A DNA stretch of 64,000 nucleotides, taken from the NCBI GenBank assembly GCA_963921275.4, contig OZ001293.3, positions 5,280,001-5,344,000 of the forward strand, in the 5' to 3' direction. A program made the translations under genes and the position numbers. This document shows positions 52,758 to 63,431 of the stretch, in pieces (the stretch's first letter is position 1; every line of letters begins with the position of its first letter). The stretch is from an uncultured Hormoscilla sp. (GTDB taxonomy: Bacteria; Cyanobacteriota; Cyanobacteriia; Cyanobacteriales; Desertifilaceae). The notes below the pieces were generated by a model, which was not told where the DNA came from, ran no database searches, and was given only the letters and a program-made list of their open reading frames with translations.

Positions 52758-54872
52758 TTATACAGATAAATTTTCCCGAGAAAAAGGTACAGCAGCATTC
52801 ACCAAACCCAACAAGGGACCAGTTTGGTACTGTCCGTTCGTTGCCAGATCGCTGTGACAAAGATACAGGCGATCGTCCACTCGGGCCAGCAAATCCTGCA
52901 AAATTCGCTGCAACCGCTTTTCGTCCGCTTCGGTCTCGTCTTCTGATATCCAAGGGCGTCCTAATCTATCTTGGAGAAACAAAGGCGCAGCAAATAAGGT
53001 AGCCGCACCGCCCTTGAGCCAGAGGGGCGAACTAGCATCGATCCAAAAATGCCATTGATGGCGGCGACGAGTCGATCGATACTGGAAGATATTGGTGAGA
53101 GTCACAGCACGACTTTGGGGGCCGATCGGACGCACGGGGAAAGGATTAGCAGTCACAGTCCCCTGACGCAGCAGCTGAATAAATCTGCCCACAATCTGAT
53201 GATAACCGGGCCAGGTTTGTTCATACCATGAGTCCTTCATCCGGGCAGCAACTTCCCAGTAATGCTGGGCCGTTTCCATCAATTCCCGAATGGCTGCTAC
53301 TTGATCGTAGGGGAGGTTGCTACCTTTCCACAAAAATTGCTGAATGGCTCGATCGAGAAAGACGATCGGACTGGGAACCAGGCGACCTAAAAGCTGCTGC
53401 TGTTGGATCTCAATCCATTTTAAAATCTGATTATAGGTCTGGGTGGCTCGATGTCCTAATCTGTCCCAGCGGGGAAAGGAGTCAACTGGTAATAACCGGG
53501 GACGATCGGGATCGGGAGCATAGCAATAGTCTGCCAGTAAACCGGCTCGTACTGGGTCAATTCTGGTCATGGCCAGCAGAGATGGATGGGAATCAGCGAG
53601 CGGTTCTTGACTGAGGACCACCAGCATTTCCGCCACGGCATCTCGGTCTACCAGCCGTCCCCATCCCGGATAAACTAGAGCCAGGAGGGTGAGTAAGGCC
53701 CGAATCAGGGGTGAAGCAGTCAGGGGTCGCTGATCGTTGAGCAATTCTATGGCAATTCCGGCTTTGGTGAGGATCTCGGTCAGGGTATAGCGGGCGATCG
53801 CGTCCACACCTGGTAGAATCACGGCAATTTCCTCTGGCGGCACCTGGTCCTGCTGTACTCCGTGAATAATCGCCTCGGCAGTCTGCCGCAACAGCTGCGC
53901 TCGGGATATAGTTTGAATGGACTGTACGGTCACGGCAGGCAAGACCACGGCGGGTGCAAACCCTCCACCCACTAACTCCATGCACCCAGCACTCAATTGA
54001 GGTGCCAAACCGCTGACAGGTTCCAATGCCAGGTTTTCCACTTGACAGCGCGAGGCCAGATCCTTCATATATAGGGGGTCGGCACCTAAACCCAGTCGGA
54101 TTCCCCCAGTCGGATTATAAGTAAAGACCCCTACCGCCCCCCGTAAGAGCAGGAATTCAAATAACATGCGAGCGATCGCGGGATACTCGTCCACATTATC
54201 TGCCAGCAGCAAACGGTAGCGGTTAGTTAAATACTGCTGATAAGTGCGATCGGGCAATAGGTGACGCCAATAGAGTTCCGAAACGATCCCGTAGGTGAGG
54301 AAACCCCGAGAAAGGCACCAACTGCGCCAGCGCAGGAGCAACTCTCCCATAGATTGCCAGAGTCCTGGGGTCCCGGGGAAATCCACCAATCCCTGTTCTA
54401 GAACGATCGGAATATCCTCAATGGGCGTCCCACTCACGGCGGCCAGGGAAAACAAGTCCAGAGTGCGGCGCACCATACGATACTCGCTCACCCCTTCCAT
54501 CCGCAGGACTCCCGAGTCCAACTCCTGACGCCATAGCTGGGTCGCCAATTCCTGCTCGGTTTCCGGGCGCAGGCGCACCGCAAATTGAGCCTTCAGTTGC
54601 AGGCGATCGATTAACAAAGGCCAGAATAACTGCACTTGCTCCAGAAAAAACCCCAGAGGAGTCTTGGCATGAACTGGATACCGTCCCTCTGTTACCTGCA
54701 CCATGCGATCGGCCAAATCGATCCGGTTATCTCCAATGGCCGCCAACGCCAACACCGCCGTTAACTGGGACTGTTGCTGCCAGGATGCCAGCAACAGGCG
54801 CAACTTCTCCACCAGGCGAGTTGTCTTGCCACTGCGGCTATAGCCAGTAATCCAAACAGAACCAGTAGACAC
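52758..54872 (-). CDS. Conserved cyanobacterial protein with an N-terminal P-loop (degenerate SF1 helicase/AddB-like)
   Basis: G.SRSGKTTRL, LLADNVDEY and EEIAVI.P motifs. Start placed at GTG 54872, though the ORF is open to 54935 through a mini-repeat. Confidence 0.7.
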   Translation of the reverse strand: MSTGSVWITGYSRSGKTTRLVEKLRLLLASWQQQSQLTAVLALAAIGDNRIDLADRMVQVTEGRYPVHAKTPLGFFLEQVQLFWPLLIDRLQLKAQFAVRLRPETEQELATQLWRQELDSGVLRMEGVSEYRMVRRTLDLFSLAAVSGTPIEDIPIVLEQGLVDFPGTPGLWQSMGELLLRWRSWCLSRGFLTYGIVSELYWRHLLPDRTYQQYLTNRYRLLLADNVDEYPAIARMLFEFLLLRGAVGVFTYNPTGGIRLGLGADPLYMKDLASRCQVENLALEPVSGLAPQLSAGCMELVGGGFAPAVVLPAVTVQSIQTISRAQLLRQTAEAIIHGVQQDQVPPEEIAVILPGVDAIARYTLTEILTKAGIAIELLNDQRPLTASPLIRALLTLLALVYPGWGRLVDRDAVAEMLVVLSQEPLADSHPSLLAMTRIDPVRAGLLADYCYAPDPDRPRLLPVDSFPRWDRLGHRATQTYNQILKWIEIQQQQLLGRLVPSPIVFLDRAIQQFLWKGSNLPYDQVAAIRELMETAQHYWEVAARMKDSWYEQTWPGYHQIVGRFIQLLRQGTVTANPFPVRPIGPQSRAVTLTNIFQYRSTRRRHQWHFWIDASSPLWLKGGAATLFAAPLFLQDRLGRPWISEDETEADEKRLQRILQDLLARVDDRLYLCHSDLATNGQYQTGPLLGLVNAAVPFSRENLSV

Positions 54873-54987
54873 GTTCGCGTAGCGTGCGCGCAGCGCATTC
54901 GTCCCCGTCGCTAATTTTTTGCTATTATTATCCATTGTAATCTCAAGTTATACGACCAGATAGCAATTCGCCCCCTTCAATTTTCTC

Positions 54988-56349
54988 ATGACAACCTTCA
55001 ATTTTACCAAGACGATCGCGTCGGGCTTTCGCGCCGCCAATCAGTGGTTATGGCTTACCCCGGATCGATCCCTTGATGAGGCTTATGAGGCAGCATTAAA
55101 AATCAAAGCCCTGGAAGACGAGCATTTTAATGGTGACAAGATATCTCCTGACTTAAGCGGTAACAGCCTGATGATTGCTAATTATTGTCGCCGCGAACTC
55201 AACAACAACTTAATTGCTGCGAAAATCCGCCTAGGGGAATTCAAAATCAGTAGTAATTTGATCGATCTTTTCTCTCCGAAAAATATTTTGGCCGAGAAGG
55301 AACCGGGTAACCGGACTGTAATCCTCAGAGAAAAATCAGCCATCACCCTAGAAAAGTTAAAATTAATTGATGAAGTCCTAGTCCGGTACAGTCGCGCCAA
55401 AAAGCTAGTCAAGTCCAGGAGTCGGGAATCTCAAACTTTCGTCCCAGTTGAGAATGGATCCGCCCAGAAAGCGCTAATCGAAAAGCAGTCCTTAAATAAT
55501 CAGTCAAAATCGCCTCCTAGCTTAGAGAAAATTGCCGGTGCTGAAACAATTTCTGCCCAAGGAAGTTTCTTGCCCCGGTCGATTTTGGGAACTTTGAAAA
55601 GAGTTCAAAAAGAATTAGATCCGAAAACGGAAGAAGAAGTTGTTGAAAAATTTATAGTTTCTAAATTCAAGACAGTCATTTCCCTGCGATTTATTTTATT
55701 GGCAATTCTGATCCCTCTTTTGACCCAACAGATATGTCATAATTTTCTGGTGGGACCAGTTGTAGATAGATTCAAAGAACAGGAAAGTTTTGCCACATTT
55801 ATTAACGAGGAAATGGAAGAAGAAGCTTTCATGGACTTGGAAAAGTTTGAGAAAAAAATCAAATTTGAAATTTTAACTGGAAAGTTGCCTGAATTATCAA
55901 AGTCGGAGATAGAAGCAGAGTTACAACACAAGGTTGAGGAAATTGAAGTAGAATATCGCGATCGCAGTGCGAATGCGATCAAAAACATTTTCTCGGATAT
56001 ATTCTCGTTTGTGGCATTCGGGTTAGTCATCTGGACAAGCAAGCGAGAGATAACAGTGTTGAAGTCTTTCATGGACGATCTGATATATGGATTAAGTGAT
56101 AGTGCCAAAGCTTTTATCATTATCTTATTTACAGATATGTTTGTGGGTTTCCACTCGGCCCATGGTTGGGAAGTAATTCTGGAAGGAATATCCAGACATT
56201 TGGGACTGCCAGAAAGTCGGAACTTTATCTTTTTGTTTATTGCCACCTTTCCCGTAATTTTGGATACCATCTTTAAGTATTGGATTTTCCGATATCTCAA
56301 CCGCATATCTCCTTCGGCGGTCGCTACCTACAAGGAGATGAATGAGTAA
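54988..56349 (+). CDS. pxcA: Proton extrusion protein PxcA (CemA/CotA family)
   Basis: TPDRSLDEAY.AA..IK..ED.HF and YGLSDSAKAFIIILFTDMFVGFHS.HGWE...ATFPVILDTIFKYWIFRYLNRISPSAVATY. Confidence 0.95.
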   Translation: MTTFNFTKTIASGFRAANQWLWLTPDRSLDEAYEAALKIKALEDEHFNGDKISPDLSGNSLMIANYCRRELNNNLIAAKIRLGEFKISSNLIDLFSPKNILAEKEPGNRTVILREKSAITLEKLKLIDEVLVRYSRAKKLVKSRSRESQTFVPVENGSAQKALIEKQSLNNQSKSPPSLEKIAGAETISAQGSFLPRSILGTLKRVQKELDPKTEEEVVEKFIVSKFKTVISLRFILLAILIPLLTQQICHNFLVGPVVDRFKEQESFATFINEEMEEEAFMDLEKFEKKIKFEILTGKLPELSKSEIEAELQHKVEEIEVEYRDRSANAIKNIFSDIFSFVAFGLVIWTSKREITVLKSFMDDLIYGLSDSAKAFIIILFTDMFVGFHSAHGWEVILEGISRHLGLPESRNFIFLFIATFPVILDTIFKYWIFRYLNRISPSAVATYKEMNE

Positions 56350-56425
56350 TGGAAATTATCGTTCCCTGGCTCCGGAAACAGGCTGCGTTCTGCTTGATGC
56401 TACCCCCCTACCGCCTTCATAATTA

Positions 56426-58484
56426 CTATAGTTCCCACAACCGCATTACATCACCCCCAGATAACAGAAACTTACCATCGGGACTGAATGCTAGACTGTT
56501 CACAGAGAATGTAGGGTCCATCCAGTAGTCGCAGTTCACTGCCACTCGCCACATCCCACAACCGCACGGTTTGATCCGAACTCCCAGAGGCCACTGTCCT
56601 GCCATCGGGACTGAAGGCTACACTGTACACATAGGATGTATGTCCCTGAAGTAGTCGCAGTTTTCTGCCACTCGCCACATCCCACAACCGCACGGTATTA
56701 TCTTTACTCTCCTGTCTCTTCCAATCATATATCATAGAGGCAGAGGCCACTGTCCTGCCATCGGGACTGAAGGCTACACAGTTCACTGTTCCGGGAGTGC
56801 TAGGAAGTTGTCGAAGTAAACTGCCACTCGCCACATCCCACAACCGCAGGCCTTCTATACTCCCATAGGCCACTGTCTTGCCATCGGGACTGAAGGCTAC
56901 ACTGTTCCGATACGAAGAAACTGTAGGAGGCGCATAGTCAAATTTATAAAGTGTTCGCAGTTCTCTGCCACTCGCCACATCCCACAAATCCAGGAAACAC
57001 GAACTTCCAGAGGCGATCGTCCTGCCATCGGGACTGAATGCTACACTGGCCACAGCAGCGGCTTTCTGAAATTTTCGCAGTTCTCTGCCACTCGCCACAT
57101 TCCACAACCGCAGGCTTTCTATACTCCCAGAGGCCACTGTCCTGCCATCGAGACTGAAGGCTATACACCACACACAGCCTGTATGTCCCTGAAATTTTCG
57201 CAGAAACTTCCCTGTAGTTAAATCCCATAAGTAGATATCTGGGTTGTTTCCTAAAGCTAGCAGCTTACCATCAGCACTGACAGCGCCGCAGTAGGCAGGA
57301 GGACAGTCTATCTCCCACAGCGTCTCGCCACTACTGAGATCGAACAATGCTGCGCCACCCGTAGCACAGACTACTACTAACTCATCATTTAAAGAAATCA
57401 CATTTCTGATACTTCCGCGCCCCAGTCGCCGCACCATCCCCTGTGCTTTCAGTTCTGGCAAGACAAAATAGCCTCGCAATGTTCTTACATCTCCAGAGGA
57501 AGACACTCTCGGCGGTGGCGAAGGTATTGTTGGCGCAGGCGAAGGTCCAGACTTCCCAGACACCGCATCACCCCACCATTGCTCCACGCTGCTAGGGCGT
57601 TCTTCCTTCTCCAAAGGCAAAGCCTTTTCCACCAAACTCTGCCAGGGTTCTGCCAAAGAAGGTTCCCAGTTTGTCCCCATCATCCGACTCAATACTGGTT
57701 CCGGCAGCGTCCCCGCAATCATTTCATGCAGCATCATCCCCAGTTCAAAAATATCGCTTTCCGCCCCCACAGACTTTCTGGCAATTATTTCCGGTGGCGC
57801 ATAGGTCTCGGTAAACGCCCGCGTACTCTGAGTGCCAGTCATACCCGTCTCTTGCTTCGCCGCCCCGAAGTCTATCAAAACCACCCGTCCTGCCGGAGTC
57901 AGCAAGATATTGTCCGGCTTCAGGTCCAGATGATAGACTCCCGCTTGGTGAGCAATTTCTAAAGCATCCACCAGGGGTTCCATAATTTCCGCCACCCTTG
58001 TCGGGGGCAAAAGCTTGTCAGGTTGGGCGTCCAAGACTTGCCGCAGGGTCTCCCCGGCTATTAATTCCATCACCAGATAAGCAGTACCCCGTTCCGTGAA
58101 TAAATCTTGCACCCGTACCAAGCTAGGATGGTTGAGTCTGGCCAACATCCGCCCTTCCCGCTTGAACCGGTCTAACCAACCTTGGAATATATCAGCTTGG
58201 TTTTGGGGGACGATAAGGTTCCCTGTAGAAATGTGGCGATGGACAAGTTCTTGGGGGTAATATTCCTTAATAGCAACAGGTTGTTCTAAAATCAGGTGAC
58301 GGGCGCGGTAGGTGATGCCAAACCCACCCCGACCTAAAGCATACTCGATCTCATAAGTATCCTTGTCCAAGCCGGTGCCTGGGGAGAGTACGTCTCGCAG
58401 CAGGGTCGGCAAATGGATGTTGCATTCCGGGCAGTATTCGGCGTTGGACGGGATCTTATCTAGGTGGCAATTGAGACAACGCAT
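56426..58484 (-). CDS. Zn-ribbon + Ser/Thr kinase + WD40 repeat protein, frameshift in the last WD repeat (about 56515)
   Basis: CxxC..CxxC, LGRGGFGITY, HLDLKPDN, DFG and repeated VAFSPDG.T.ASGS...LWDVASG. The shifted frame finishes SVNSLAFSPDGKFLLSGGDVMRLWEL*. Confidence 0.88.
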
Positions 58485-58678
58485 AGCTGTAGTGTAGGTT
58501 AGTAACCGGTTCTGTTCTTCACCATTATATTATATGGAGTCTTTTTCGACAACCCGCCTTCCCAGTCTCCCGGCAAGTGGTCAGAACTAGGTAATTTTTC
58601 CTAGCGGTACGAGTACTGCACCCTTTATACATCGAAGCCGACTCTGGGCTTTCTCTTTAAATGGCCTTGATATAAATA

Positions 58679-58910
58679 TTTTATCCGGTAATAACTTGCT
58701 CATTCTCGGGAGTGACTCAGTCATTCCCGGGAAAAATAAGTTATTTCCAGAACTAACTATTTATTTCCTGGAGTGACTGAGTCATTCCACTGAGTTTGAA
58801 AGTCATTCGGTGGGGGCAAAAGGTTACTCTTTGGTGGACGTAAGCACCGCTTTGGCAGGGGTAAGCACCTCTTTGGCGGGAGTAAGCGCCTTGGCAGGGG
58901 GAAAATAGAG
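58679..58910. repeat. Second degenerate tandem array of about 21-bp period (about 10 units)
   Basis: TCATTC/TTATTT at 58700, 58721, 58741, 58761, 58782 and 58803, then CTTTGG..G..GTAAGC units 21 bp apart. Confidence 0.7.
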
Positions 58911-58974
58911 ATTTAGATGCTGGCCAGGGTTTTCTCACGTTCTCCATCTAGCAAGATGCAACTGGCTACTTCAT

Positions 58975-59216
58975 AATTGCAGGAGAATCAGAGGCAATTT
59001 CTCGTTTGCCTTCAATATGGTTGCTAATATATAAAGAATTGAACAGAAAAGTCGCTGCTGGATCTGAAATTCACAGGAATTTTAGGAGTATTGATTGAAG
59101 CCAAACTCTGCTTGATTTCGGCTGTGAAACCGGTTCTGGATGATTTAATTATCATAGCAGAATTCAGGGTGAGCGATCGGCTATACGATCGCGTCTTGCA
59201 AGCAGTAGGAGAGTAG
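58975..59216 (+). pseudogene. DUF3368 PIN-like fragment
   Basis: GESEAI...FTGILGVLIEAK...ISAVKPVLDDL...FRVSDRLYDRVLQAVGE*. Confidence 0.65.
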
Positions 59217-59387
59217 CGATCGCCCTTTATCCTGAGAAGCGATCGTTATTATGCCACAGCGATCGCCTCTATCCCCAGTACCATCGGCCAAGATCGGAAA
59301 GATTAATAAAAATTAAAATAGTGAAAGACAAAACTTTAGATAAATTATCATTGTATATGTTAAGATAGAGTAAGCTAGGACTAACAG

Positions 59388-60341
59388 ATGACCCAAAAAG
59401 CCGACATAGGTAGTAAACGCCTGATAGGTCTTGACCCCGATCGGTGGGTACAATGGGTGACCCAGATTCCCGGGGCCACCGCACAGGAAATAATTTCGAC
59501 AGATTTCCAATGGGTGAGCAGGGCATCAGATGTTTTAGTTCGTGCATCCAGTCCAGAAGACGGGGAATTTCTCGTTCTGAACGAACTGCAACTATACTAC
59601 TACAACAAAATGCCCCGTCGGGTGCGGGCTTATACAGCACTGGCAGAAGAAAAGTACCAAATACCAGTTTATCCGGTGCTGATTAACATCCTGAAACGGG
59701 GGAAAAATCCGGCCCCTATACCCACATGTTACGAATCTCAATTCCGTAATGTCCGGGCATACCAAGACTATCGAGTCATTAACCTTTGGGAAGTGGATGT
59801 GGATCTAGTCTTCCAACAACCCCTCCCTTCCCTACTTCCTTTCGTCCCCATTCTCAAGGATGGAGGGTCCCGAGCAACAGTCCGACAAGCATTGAAGCTG
59901 TTGCGAGAGGACGAAAAACTGAATGAGTTGGAGAATTTGCTAGCATTTTTTGCTACCTTTGTATTGGAGACAGAAATAGTACAACAAATCATAAGGTGGG
60001 ATATGGCAGTATTACAACAATCACCCTGGTATCAGCAAATCTTGCAAGAGGGAGAACAGCGAGGACTCCAAATTGGCGAACAGCGAGGACTCCAAATTGG
60101 AGAACAGCGAGGACTCCAAATTGGCGAACAGCGAGGACTCCAAATTGGCGAACAGCGAGGACTGCTTTCTGGAATCACAATGGGATTGGAATTGAAATTT
60201 GGTTCTTCAGGAAATGCACTGATTCCAGAAATTCGCGCTGTCAAAGATATTGAAGTGCTCTCAAGAATTATCGATGGACTGAAAACTGTCCAAACTCTTG
60301 AGGAATTGCGCCAAATTTACCAGCGGGATAACTTGACATAG
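59388..60341 (+). CDS. Rpn-like recombination-promoting nuclease / putative transposase
   Basis: ADIGSKRLI, SRASDVL, LNELQ, PVYPVLINIL and MAVL.QSPWYQ.I..EG followed by GEQRGLQI repeats. Confidence 0.85.
   Translation: MTQKADIGSKRLIGLDPDRWVQWVTQIPGATAQEIISTDFQWVSRASDVLVRASSPEDGEFLVLNELQLYYYNKMPRRVRAYTALAEEKYQIPVYPVLINILKRGKNPAPIPTCYESQFRNVRAYQDYRVINLWEVDVDLVFQQPLPSLLPFVPILKDGGSRATVRQALKLLREDEKLNELENLLAFFATFVLETEIVQQIIRWDMAVLQQSPWYQQILQEGEQRGLQIGEQRGLQIGEQRGLQIGEQRGLQIGEQRGLLSGITMGLELKFGSSGNALIPEIRAVKDIEVLSRIIDGLKTVQTLEELRQIYQRDNLT
60051..60163 (+). repeat. 24-bp coding tandem repeat (GEQRGLQI x4 plus a partial copy)
   Basis: GGMGAACAGCGAGGACTCCAAATT units. Confidence 0.95.
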
Positions 60342-60472
60342 GCGATAACCATTAAATTCCCTGTGTCAAATAGCGATCGCCCTCACTTTTCTGGGATTTA
60401 AGGGATCGCGGCCTCGATTTTTCGCGCAGCGTTCGTAGGAGAAGGGGTGCGATCGCCAGTTCCCGGGGCAGA

Positions 60473-61462
60473 TCAGCTGCTAGAGTAAATCCCCCGCTGT
60501 TGCAGCTGCTGCATAAAGAACTCTTCCAAGGACTGACGCTGCATGTTCATAGAAATCAGCTGGACATCCAGGTTGGCGAGATTCGCGAGAAACAGGTAAG
60601 GATTTCTTTGTAGCCGACCATGCCAAGCATTAGCCTCAAACTGCAAATCTGAGAGCCATTGTTTTAGCAATTCCGGGTTACCACCCTTGCCTTGGATGTG
60701 GAAAGTTTTGCTATTCCCCAACAGTTCATCCAAAGAACCGATGCAAATCCGTTCTCCTTGGGCCAGAATCGCCACCCGATCGCAAATCTTCTCCACATCC
60801 GAAAGCACGTGGCTATTAAAGAAAATCGTCTTACCTTGGCCTTTCAGGGATAAAATTATTTCTCGGATCTGAAAACGTCCCATCGGATCCAGACCAGACA
60901 TCGGTTCATCCAGAAACACCACCTCTGGGTCATTAATCAGCGCCTGAGCCATGCCAATTCGTTGTAGCATACCCTTAGAATACTGGCGCAACCGCCTCTT
61001 TTTAGCCGCCGATTTCGCCAACCCGACCAAATCTAGCAGTTCCGGAATCCGTTGACGCTGCACCGATGCCGGGATTTGGAATAAGCCAGCAGCAAATTGC
61101 AAAAATTCCCAACCCGTGAGATAATCGTAGAAATAGGCATTTTCTGGCAGATAGCCCACTCGCTGCTTCACCGAGCGATCGCCTAGAGGGCGGCCCAGCA
61201 GCCACCCCCGTCCGGAGGTAGGGCGAACAATACCCAGCATTGTCTTCAGCAGAGTTGTTTTCCCAGCACCATTAGGGCCCAATAAACCAAAAATTTCGCC
61301 CTGAAACACCGAAATTGAGGTATTTTTAAGAGATTCAATTTTTTTGTTCATCCAGAACCCAGTGCGATAAACTTTAGTCAGGTTTTCAGTTTGGACCACT
61401 GGAGTTTTATCAGTTTTGGTAGATTCAATAGGTAAATCAGTGACAGAATCCATCTCAGTCAT
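60473..61462 (-). CDS. ABC transporter ATP-binding protein
   Basis: GPNGAGKTT, YSKGMLQR, FLDEPMSGLDP and NSH motifs. Confidence 0.95.
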   Translation of the reverse strand: MTEMDSVTDLPIESTKTDKTPVVQTENLTKVYRTGFWMNKKIESLKNTSISVFQGEIFGLLGPNGAGKTTLLKTMLGIVRPTSGRGWLLGRPLGDRSVKQRVGYLPENAYFYDYLTGWEFLQFAAGLFQIPASVQRQRIPELLDLVGLAKSAAKKRRLRQYSKGMLQRIGMAQALINDPEVVFLDEPMSGLDPMGRFQIREIILSLKGQGKTIFFNSHVLSDVEKICDRVAILAQGERICIGSLDELLGNSKTFHIQGKGGNPELLKQWLSDLQFEANAWHGRLQRNPYLFLANLANLDVQLISMNMQRQSLEEFFMQQLQQRGIYSSS

Positions 61463-61616
61463 AACAATATCAAGTCGGGTTCGTAGTAAGCGCTTTAGCG
61501 CTTCCGGGTTTATTTACCCTGTAGTATATGTTAGGCAGCTTGACATAAAATACCTTCTCTATTATACTAAATCATATCTTGTAGCTTAAACATAGAATAA
61601 GAGCAATTAAGAATCA

Positions 61617-61802
61617 ATGGAGCGTGGAAAAATAGTAACAATTATCACAGGTGCGATTTCCCTGCTGCTGGCGATCGCCTACCTAATGCTAGTACAACTG
61701 CTCGACTTCCGGGGCGAAATGATCCCAGCACCCCAGTCCCAGCTGAGTCCCTCAATAGAAATTACTAGCGCCACTCCCGACATCAATAGTCTCACCTGTT
61801 GA
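61617..61802 (+). CDS. Small conserved membrane protein
   Basis: KIVTIITGAISLLLAIAYL.LVQLLDFRGEM.PAP, a single TM helix. Confidence 0.7.
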   Translation: MERGKIVTIITGAISLLLAIAYLMLVQLLDFRGEMIPAPQSQLSPSIEITSATPDINSLTC

Positions 61803-63154
61803 TATTAGAATAACCGGCCCGAGCGTTCCCACTGACCCCACTTCTCCAGGTAGCATCATTAACAACCCGCCAGTTAATATTAGCCGGCACTCGCTCGGGG
61901 CCATAGGCACCCCGGAAGCTAGCATAGACCCCATCAGTAGCGATCGGAATCACCTGCACCTGGCGCAACTGGAGAGTATCGATATCGAACAGCACCCGTC
62001 CGATCGTACTATCAGGGCCACCGGAAAGGAAAGGATGAATAAAGTCTCCCAGACTTTCAAACATAACTCCGCGCTTTCCACTGGCTGATTGGACAATTCG
62101 CACCGGTTTCAGTGTATGGGGGCCATGTCCAAAGACAATATCACCATTGAAGTAACGAATGAACCGGATCCCCGTATTCACCAAATCCCTCTGGGTATTC
62201 GCGTGGGTGCAAGCATTCCAGCTATGGATCGCCAAAATTCTGATATCAGCATTCGCATCCCGGAGCGAGCGCAAAACCGTCTCTTCGTCAGTCACGCAAG
62301 TAACGTAAGTGCAGTCACCCCCTCCAATATACTAGCTAGCAAAGGCCACTCTCACCTGCCGACCCTTAACATTAAAAGTCTTGACTCTGGCCACCTTCTG
62401 GGTGCCCACCCCGTGCCACAGCCAGGGCCCTGACAATTCCCGTTCCAATCTTTGCATATGACGAGCCGACATTAAGGCACCATCAATACCATTTTCCCCG
62501 ACCAGACAATCACGGGTGTGATTGTTAGCCAGACCAATGAGATTGAAACCACGTTTGTAAACTTCTACCAGATTATCTGGGTGAGAAACAAAAGCAAACA
62601 CTTGCGGTGCCGGAGGGGCCCAAAATTGGCTGCATCGCGTTCCCACCACCGTTTCCCAGTTAATAAAAGAAATGTCCCCCCGGTAAGACTTACCAGTAGG
62701 ATCGAACTTCGCGAGCAGGCGCCCAAAGTGAGTCGGGGCCCCTTCAGGATAATAGTTCCTCGGCAATTCCTGCTGCAAACTCAAAGGCGGTGCATGGGAA
62801 ATCCCCATCCCCGAATCTCCCACCCCGCGAATGTCCAAAAATTACGTCGCCCTTTGACTATCCAGGGGTACTGCTGGCAAGGAATCAGACCAATTGGTCT
62901 GCTTAGCCTCCTAAGACACATTCATTAGCCTCCTGAGACACATTCACTACCACGATCGGCTCTTCTTCATACACCACTGGAGCCTTAACAACCGGTTCTG
63001 ATGAGGTAACATCGGTGCTTAAAGCCGGTTCTGGGTCGATCGGGGCAGCGTTAGTGGCATCTTCTGGAGAGCGATTACCAGAACATCCGGCGATTTCCGG
63101 CAGTAGTAGAGCCAGAGTTACCGTCAGAACCCAACGAGCATGTGTTTTTTTCAT
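61792..63154 (-). pseudogene. CapA-family (poly-gamma-glutamate synthesis/metallophosphatase-like) lipoprotein in three pieces
   Basis: Lipobox IAGC and the motifs VGD, FINWET, LANNHTRD, IHSW, GHGPH and SLGDF. A 22-bp tandem duplication at 62903-62946 shifts the frame, and there is a further break near 62300-62335. Confidence 0.8.
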
Positions 63155-63261
63155 GTTTTTCCGATGTTCCAGCTGAGATCTAGGCGGACTCGCTTACCCA
63201 TCATAGCTTACAACAACACCCTTTGGGCGATCGCCTGCTTGCGGACCAGCATCATTGTGAA

Positions 63262-63334
63262 TGGCTCAGGGCAGATTTGAACTGCCGACCTTGGGCTTAT
63301 GAGTCCCCTGCTCTAACCACTGAGCTACTGAGCC
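63262..63334 (-). tRNA. tRNA with CAU anticodon, most likely elongator tRNA-Met
   Basis: GGCTCAGTAGCTCAGTGGTTAGAGCAGGGGACTCATAAGCCCAAGGTCGGCAGTTCAAATCTGCCCTGAGCCA: paired acceptor stem, D and T loops. Ile2 is not fully excluded. Confidence 0.93.
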
Positions 63335-63431
63335 TTACTTTCTTACTCTAACATACAGCAGTGAAACCGTGCAAATTTTTTTTTGGCAATCAGGGGAACT
63401 AAAAGTTCCCCTGATGTCTCTCCAGCAGCGA

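Noticed and set aside
60051..60163. Possible CRISPR or regulatory repeat
   Set aside because: In-frame 24-bp coding repeat (GEQRGLQI), typical of Rpn-family C-termini.
63262..63334. tRNA as an integration site for an island
   Set aside because: No duplicated tRNA 3' end and no integrase seen in the window.
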